A DNA stretch of 64,000 nucleotides from positions 32,001 to 96,000 of the forward strand of contig JBEBGD010000005.1 in NCBI GenBank assembly GCA_040081625.1. The letters run 5' to 3'. How positions within the stretch are numbered: the stretch's first letter is position 1; the number at the start of each line of letters is the position of its first letter. The DNA is from Chthoniobacteraceae bacterium. Its GTDB lineage: Bacteria > Verrucomicrobiota > Verrucomicrobiia > Chthoniobacterales > Chthoniobacteraceae. A model generated the notes under the pieces. That model saw only the letters and a list, made by a program, of their open reading frames with translations, ran no database searches and had not been told where the DNA came from. The position numbers and the translations under genes were made by a program. Below, piece after piece: positions 46,981 to 55,900 of the stretch.

Positions 46981-49900
46981 ATGAAAACGAAACCGCTCAC
47001 TCGTCGGCGCCGCGGCGTCTCCGCTCCTGCCGTCGAGGTGCTCGAAGCCCGCATCTCCCCGGCGAGCCTCGCCAGCCTCGATGTGGCCGGCAATATCAGC
47101 GTGCTCGGCGATCAGGGTGCCACCAGCGAGATCGAAACGTTGATCTTCACGGTCAACGCTGGCGAGCTGCACATCGTAGATCCGACGCATCCGATCACGG
47201 CCGGGCCGGGCTTCATCCAAAGCGGTGCGAACGAGGTCACCATCGCGCTTACACTTTTCACGGGGAATCTCACCGTGGACACCGGGACGGGTGCGGACAC
47301 GCTGGCGTTCAGCAGCGACCTGAACCTGCCGGGCGACGGCACGCTCGCGAGCGGCGCGATCACTTTCAACAACAGCATCACGCTCGCGACCGACAAGACG
47401 CTGACGGTCAGCGCGACCGACACGATCAGTCTGCCGAACACCGGAAGCGACCTCGCAACGAGCGGCGCGGGCGCGATGTCGCTGACGACGCTGAAGAACA
47501 TCTCGCTGGCGAGCGGGGCGAGCATCACGACGGTGAATGGCGACCTTACGCTCTCGGCGAACGCGGCGGGGACGACGACGGGGAACTTCAGCGGCGTGGA
47601 TGTGAACGCTGGCCTCGTGCAGGCGACGGGCACGGGTGTCGTCTCCGTCACGGGCAGGGGTGGTGATACGGGGATGCGGAACGTCGGTGTGCACGTGCAA
47701 GCTGGCGGCGACATCATCGGCGGCACCACGGGCACGACGATCGTCAATGGCACGGGTGGCCCCGGGAATGTCATCGCCAACGAAGGCATCCGGCTCACGG
47801 ATTCGGGTTCGAGCATCACGAGCGGTGGGGCGAATGTCTCGGTGACCGGCCAGGCCGGCGGGTCGGGAACGGCGGGCTCCAATTATGGGGTGAATGTTTA
47901 CTTGGGTGCGCTCTTGTCTGCGGGAGGCAGCGGTAATGTCACGGTGATGGGGACTGGCGCGGCGAACTTGGGTTCGGATAACTACGGCGTGAACCTGCAA
48001 TCGTCAGGTTCGCAGATCACCTCCAGCGGTGGCAACGTCAGTGTCACCGGCGTGAGCGGAGGGACGGGGTCGGGCGGCGCGGCTGCCGGAATTTCGATCG
48101 ACTCCGGCACTGTGAGCGCCGGGGGGTCGGGCACGGTCACGGTTATCGGCACGGGGGATCTGACGTCGTCAGGGGTCAACGTGAACCTCGGCATCGATGT
48201 CCGGTTCACCTCCACGATCACTTCGTCCGGCGGGAACGTGCAAGTCACGGGCGCCGCGGGCGCGGCCAACAGTTCGACGTTGGGCGAGGGTGCTGGTATC
48301 CGAGTTTTTGGCGATAGCCTCATCACCGCCGGGGGCAGCGGCACGGTGACGGTGAGCGGCACAGGTGGAGCGGGGCCTACGGCCTCAGCTCACGGGGTAT
48401 TCGTCTCTGGCAGTAATTTGAACTCGAACCTCGCCCGCATCGGCGCGGCCAATGGCGCGACCACGATCACCGCGACCTCGGGCAATACTTCGAGCATCGC
48501 GCTCTCGGTCGGCACGAACAACGCCGGACGCATCACGACGGGCACGAACAACCCGATCACGATCACTGCCGACAGCATCGACTTCGGCGGCTCGGCGACA
48601 ATCTCCAGCGGCACGGGGGCGACGACGATCCAGACGCGCACGTCCGGCACCTTCATCAATCTCGGCGGCGCGGATGTGCTCACCGGCAGCCCGCTCACGC
48701 TCGGTCTCACGGACGCGGAACTGGATAAAGTCACCGCCAGCACGCTGACGATCGGCGACAGCAGCAGCGGCGCGATCACGGTGAGCGCGGCGCTCACGCA
48801 TCCGAACAACCTTTCGCTGACCACCGGCGGCGGGGTGACCTTCAACCAGGCGGTGACGATGGCGGTGAATAAGAACCTGACGGTCAGCGCGCTGAGCACG
48901 ACCACCGGGGCGATCAGCCTCGCGACCACGAACTCCGACCTCGTCGCGAGCGGCACTGGCGCGATCTCGCTCACCACGGTGGCCAATATCGCGCTGGCTA
49001 GCGGGTCGAGCATCGCGGTGGTGGATGGCGACCTCACGCTGAGCGCGAACGCGGCGAGCACGGGCAGCTTTTCGGCCGCGGGGATCGACTTGAACGGCGG
49101 CACCATTACGACCAGCGGGACGGGCAATGTGAGCCTGACCGCAAAGGCTCCCACTAACGCTGGTGGCATCCAGGTGCGCGGCGGTGCCAAGATTCTCTCA
49201 ACTGGGGCTGTGCTGGCCACCCAAGGCAAACTGACCCTGAATGGTCGAGTCACTAATGGCGGGACGGACGTCACCGTCACGGGAACGGGCTCGGAGATCA
49301 AATCGCTGAGCGGCGACATCAGCGTGACTGGCGGTATCGACGGTGGGGTCGCCCACACCGGGATTTTGGTTTCATCGAGTGGCTCGATCGAGTCCACCGG
49401 CACGGCCAAGATCACCCTCAACGGATACAGTCGGAGCGCGACCGCCGTGATTATCGACACGCTGGGACAGGTGAAATCCGCCGATGGTGCCATCGCCATC
49501 GCGGGCACCCTCAACGACACGCCATCCAAGGGGATTACGGTGCAGGGCGGGGGCAAGGTGCAGTCCACCGGATTGGCCACCATCACCATGGACACGTATG
49601 CCTCAGCTGGTGGCGGCAGCGCTGGCAGCCATGGAATTACCATCACCGGCACGGGTTCGGAAGTCACTTCGGTCACCGCGGCCATCGTCCTGACCGGACA
49701 GCCCAAAGCGTTTTCAAACAATAGCTACTCGGTCTATATTCTCAGCGGTGGAAAGGTCGCTTCCACGAGCGGTGACATCACGCTCGCCGGCAGGGATTCC
49801 AGCAGGACGGGGAATTTGGCGATCAATTATAGCAGCACCGTGCCCATCTCCACTAGCGGCACGATCACCTTGATCGGCGGAGGAGGCTCCACCGGTTCCG

Positions 49901-52900
49901 GCATGTCGCTCACCGGCGGATTGATCTCTGGCACCGCCGGCGTGACGATCCGGCCCGGTCCCGGCAATGCAATCGATCTCGGCACCGCTGCGGATAACAC
50001 CAACTCACTCGGCCTGTCCGACGCCGAACTCGACATCATCACCACCGCCGGCACGCTGACGATCGGCGACAGCGCCAGTGGGGCGATCACGGTCACCGCG
50101 GCGATCTCGCGCCCGGCGTCCACGAACGTCGCGCTGACCGGCGGCAGCAGCATCATCTTCAACCCCGGCACGCTGAACACGAGCGGCGGCACGCTCGCGC
50201 TCACACCCGGCGCGTCGGGCAGCGTGCAGCCGATCACGAGTGGGACGGAAGTGACCGCCTCGAGCGTGAGCTTCGAGTCCGGCGCGGACCTCGCCATTGC
50301 GATCAATGGCACGACGTTGGACACGCAGTATCGCCAGCTCAATGTGGTCGGCGGCGTGAATCTCACCGGGGTCGATCTCGTGCTCAGCGGCTCGCATGTG
50401 CCGGTCGGCGGGCAGACCTTCACCATCGTGGAAAACGACGGCACCGACGCGATCACCGGCACGTTCAACGGCCTAGCGCAGGGCGCGACGATCACCGGCT
50501 TCCTCGGCTCCGCGCTAAGCGCGACGATCAGCTACACCGGCGGCAGCGGCAACGACGTGGTGCTCACGGCCGTGGCACCGCCCGAGACCGACGTGTCATT
50601 GAGCGGCGGCAACCTCGTCGTCACCGACAGCAATGGCGGCACCAGCACCGACACGATCACGATCACGCTCAACGGCGCGAACGTGCGCATCACCGATCCG
50701 TCCAATACCGTCGGCGCGGGCGCGGGCGCGACGCAGATCGATGCGAACACCGTCGAGGTGGCGCTGGCCTCGATCACGGGAAACATCCAGGTCAGCACAC
50801 TCGGCGGCGACGACACGCTCACCCTCGCGCTCGCGGGCGGGGATTTCATCGTCGCGGGCGGACTGACCTATGCGGGTGGCGCGGCGGGCACGGACAAGCT
50901 GATGGTCACCGGCGGTGCGCAAGGCACGGTGACCTACAACTTCACGAACGCGAACGACGGCAGCGTGGTGCTGAGCAACTTCGGCACGGTGAACTTCACC
51001 GGCCTGGAAGCGACCACGAACTCCGGCTCGGCGACGGACATCGTCTTCAATCTCCCGACCACCGCGAGCACCGCGACGCTCGCCGACGACGGCACGACTT
51101 CCAACGGCCTCTCGCGGCTCAGCGCCGCGACGTTCGTGACGAACGATTTCTCGAACCCGAGCGGCTCGCTCACGCTCAATCGCGGCAACTCCGCCGACAC
51201 GCTCACGATCAACGCGCTGCCGGATTTCGACGCGAGCCTCACGCTCAGCTCCGGTGCGAATCCGTTCAGCACGCTGACCTTCGCCGGCGCGGTCACACTC
51301 GCGGCGAGCAAGACTCTCAGCGCAAATGCGAGCGGGACGATCAGCCTCGGGGCAGCTGGCGCGCTCACCACCAGCGGCACGGGGGCGATCAGCCTCACGG
51401 GCGCGGACGTGACGGGTTCGGGCAATCTCAGCGCCGACGGCGGTTTGACGCTGACGAATACCGGCACCTCCAGCACGCTCAGCGGCATCATCAGCGGCGT
51501 GGGCGCGCTGACCAAGCTCGGCACCGGCACGCAGATCCTCACCGGCACGAACACCTACACCGGCACCACGACGATAAGCGGCGGCTCGCTGCAAATCGGC
51601 TCGGGCGGCACCACCGGCACGCTGGGCACCGGCTCGGTGATCAACAATGCGAACCTCACCTTCGACCGTTCCAATTTCATCGGGGTCAACAATGCCATCG
51701 GCGGCACCGGGAGCGTGTTTGCGAACGGAATCGGGCAAACTTTGTATTTCGGCAATGCCAACACCTACACGGGCCAGACTCAGGTCAACGCGGGCCGCCT
51801 GGTTCTCGGAAACTCGGCCTCGCTCGGCTCGACAGCCGGAGGGACGGTGGTGGCAGTCGGTGCGACGCTGGACTTGAATGGGAATGGCATCGCGGTGGGC
51901 GCAGAGGCCCTGACCATCCAGGGAGCGGGTGCACCGGGTGCGCTCGCCGCGCTGCAAAGCAACAATGTGGGCAACTCGAGTTGGGCCGGCGTGGTCACTC
52001 TGGCCGGAGCGACGACCATCGGCGGTAATCAGCCCGGCACGACCCTTACCTTGGGCGGTATTGTCACCGGCGCCTTCGCATTGACGAAGAACGGTCCCAA
52101 TACCCTGATCCTCTCCGGCGCGAACACCTACACCGGCACCACCACGATCAGCGGCGGCACGCTGCAAGTCGGCAACGGCGGCACCACCGGCACGCTGGGC
52201 ACTGGCGCGGTAACGAACAATTCCGCGCTGGTCTTTAACCGCAGCGACAGCATAACCATCGCGAACAACATCTCCGGCACGGGCTCGCTGAACGTGACGG
52301 CCGGCGGCATCACCGCGAGCGGCGTGTGGAACCTCGGCGACGATGCGATACTCAACAGCACGGCGGGCATTACTTTCAACAACGCGGTGACGATGGCGGT
52401 GAACAAGGGCTTCACCGCCAGCGCAAGCGGGACGATTAGCCTGCCGAATGCGACGAGCGACATCGCGACGAGCGGAACGGGCATCATCAACATGAACGGG
52501 AGCACTGGAGTGGTGCTGGCTGCGGGTTCCAGCCTGGCGACCGTGGACGGCGGCATCGTCGTCACGTCCACGTCCGGGGGACTGAATCTCAATGGAACGA
52601 CACTCACCACGAGTGGCATTGGCAATGTCAGCCTCACAGGGACCGGCAGCCTCGGCACTCAACTGTCCAACGGAGCCCAGGTTCTCTCGACGGCCACCGG
52701 GTTGCTCGCCAATCAAGGATTGTTGACGTTGGCGGGCACTGGCTCCGGCAGTTCAACGGGACTTGTTATCAGCAGCGGTTCGTCCGTGATTTCGGTCGAC
52801 GGGGCGATCTCCATCACGGGAACGGGCACGGCCGCGGGCGCGCTGACCTCGATTGGAATTCGTGTGGACGCAAGCACGGTGGAATCGACGGGGCCGGCGA

Positions 52901-55900
52901 CGATCACCATGGTCGGCAGAGGATCATCGGGTCTGAACGGAGGTGGCCATCACGGCATCTTCGTGACGGGTGGAACCGCCCAGATCACCTCGGTCACCGG
53001 GAATATCTCGCTGGACGGCCAATCGGGGTTCGGCCGGGGTGGGGATAGTCACGGCGTGTTCGTCGTGAGCGGTGCCGATGTGACGGGAACCGGATCGGCC
53101 AATGTGAGCATCCTCGGCGTGAGCCCGCTGACCAGCGGCGCCGGCTCAAACAGCAACGGAATCGTCATCTCGGGGGCCGGATCACGGATTACCTCAGCGA
53201 ACGGAACCCTGGCGCTGGACGGAAGCGGGGCGGACGAAGCCAGTAGCGAGGGCGTGGTCATCACCGCCGCGGGAGAAGTTGCATCGACCAATGGAAATAT
53301 CGCCGTCACGGGAACGGTGAGAGTGGGAGGAAGCAATCCAACTGGCGCCGGAATCATCTACGACAGCGTCACTCCCCTCACCACGAGCGGCACGATCACC
53401 CTCATCTCCGGCACGAACATTGGCGCCCGTATGATTCTGGACAATGGCGCCATCTCCGGAGCCGCCGGGGTAACCTTGAGGGCTGGAAATGGTATCGCAA
53501 TCGACCTCGGCTCAACGCTGGATACAGCCGCCAACGGACTGGAACTCTCCGACGCCGAACTCGACCTCATCACCACCGCCGGCACGCTGCAAATCGGCGA
53601 CAGCACCAGCGGGACGATCACCGTGAGCGCGGCGATCACGCACGCGAACCATCTCTCGCTCACGACCGGCGCGGGCGTGACTTTCAACCAGGCGGTGACG
53701 ATGGCGGCGAACAAGAACCTGACCGCGACGGCGAACGGGACCAGCAACGGCACGATCAGCCTTTCCAGCACCAACTCCGATCTCACCACGGGCGGCACGG
53801 GTGCAATCTCGCTCACGACCGCGCGCGACATCACCCTCGCCAGCGGAGCGAGCGTGGCGACGGTGAATGGCAACCTGACGCTCAGCGCCAACCAGCAGGT
53901 CACGCCGACCAGCGGCAGCTTCACCGGCGTTTTCTTCAACGATGCGGTCGTGCAGGCCACCGGCTCCGGCGCAGTCACGGTGCTCGGCAAGAGCGGCGAC
54001 GGCTCTTTTCAGCAGCGCGGGATTTACCTCTTCACCGGCGGCAACATCATCGGCGGCACGAGCGGCACGGTGACGGTGCAGGGCACCACGGGCGCGGCCA
54101 CCGGCACGCAGGCCGACGGCATTTTCCTGTTCGGCGCCGGCACCACCATCACCTCCACCGGGGCGAATGTGGCCGTGAGCGGCACCGGCGCCAGCACCGC
54201 GAGCAGTGACAACCAGGGCGTCTATGTCTCCACCGGCGCGACGATCACCGCGGGCGGCTCCGGCACCGTAACGGTCACCGGCATCAGCGGCGCCGGGTCC
54301 GTCTCCGCGGGCGTCCGCAGCATCGGTGGCATCATCACCTCCGCCGGCGGCGCCGTGACGGTCGAAGGCGCGAGCAGTGTCCTAAATGCGATCTCGCTCT
54401 CTGGCTCGGGCGCGGAAATTTCCAGCGGCGGCACCGCGCCGCTCACGCTCATCGGCGACAGCTTCAGCCGGGGCGCTCCCAGCATCGTCCGCGCGGGCAC
54501 CGCCGGCGATGCGACTGTCACTTTCAAGCCGCGCACGGCCGGCACCTTCATCAATCTAGGCGGCGCCGATGTGCTCACCGGCAGCCCGAAGACGCTCGGC
54601 CTCACCGACGCCGAGCTCGATGCCGTCTCCGCCGCGACGCTGCAAATCGGCGACGCAAACAGCGGGGCGCTCACGGTCAGCGCGGCGATCACGCACGCGA
54701 ACGATCTTTCGCTCACGACCGGCGCGGGCGTGACTTTCAACCAGGCGGTGACGATGGCGGCGAACAAGAACTTCACCGCGAGTGCGAGCGGCACGATCGG
54801 CTTCGCGAACACGAACGCCGACCTCGCCACGAGCGGCACGGGTGCGATCTTCCTGGCGACCGCGCGGGACATTTCGCTCGTGAGCGGTTCGAGCGTCGCG
54901 ACAGTGGACGGCAACCTCACGCTCAGGGCGAACCTGGATGGGATGACCTCGGGGAACTTCATCGGGATCAGCAGTTCCGGCGGCACGGTCCAAACCACGG
55001 GCGCGGGTGTGATCTTGATCAGTGGTATCGGCGGCAACAGCGGCGCCGGGACGGATGGGGTGCGACTCAGCAACTCGGCGTCGGTGAGCGGCGCGTCAGT
55101 CACGATCACCGGCTTCGGCGGCACGAGCACCGCACGCGCGTATGGCGTCGTGGTCTTGTCGGGTGCGACGGTGACTTCATCGAGCGGAACCGTGAGCGTG
55201 ACCGGCACTGGCGGCGCGGGGACGGATCACAACTACGGCGTCTATGTGCAGGACGGCGGAATCACCTCCGGCGGCGGCGGCGTGAACGTGACCGGCACCG
55301 GTTCGAGCGCGGCGGGATCGTTCGACAACTACGGCGTCTATGTCGAATTCTCGGGGCAGATCACGGCTGGCGGTGCGGGGAGCGTGATGGTGACCGGCAC
55401 CGGCGGCGGTCCGACCGGCGGCGGCTTCGGAGTGCGCGTGGGATACGGTGGCACGATCACTTCGTCCGGCGGAAACGTGACTGTGATGGGCAACGGCGGC
55501 ACCGATGGTGGCGGAGGCAATTACGGGGTGGGGTTGGACAGTTCCTCCGGCAGCACGCGTATCACTGCGGGCGGGACGGGGTTGGTCAGCGTTACCGGCA
55601 TTGCGGGCGCTGGCAGCAGCGTCGGCGTTTTCGTCGAGGGGAATGACTCGGCAATCACCTCGAGCGGAGGACCGGTGACGGTCGCGGGAACGGGCGGGAT
55701 GAACGTGGGCACCGACCTCAATCACGGCATCCACCTCACCAGCACCGGCTCAATGGTCACCTCCGGCGGCGGCAACGTGACGCTGACCGGCACGAAAGGC
55801 ACGGGCGCGAATTCCTTCGGCATCCGACTCGATGGCGCGAGCGTGACGACCGCTGTGAACGGCGGAAACATCACCTTCGACGCGACCACGGTCGCGCTCG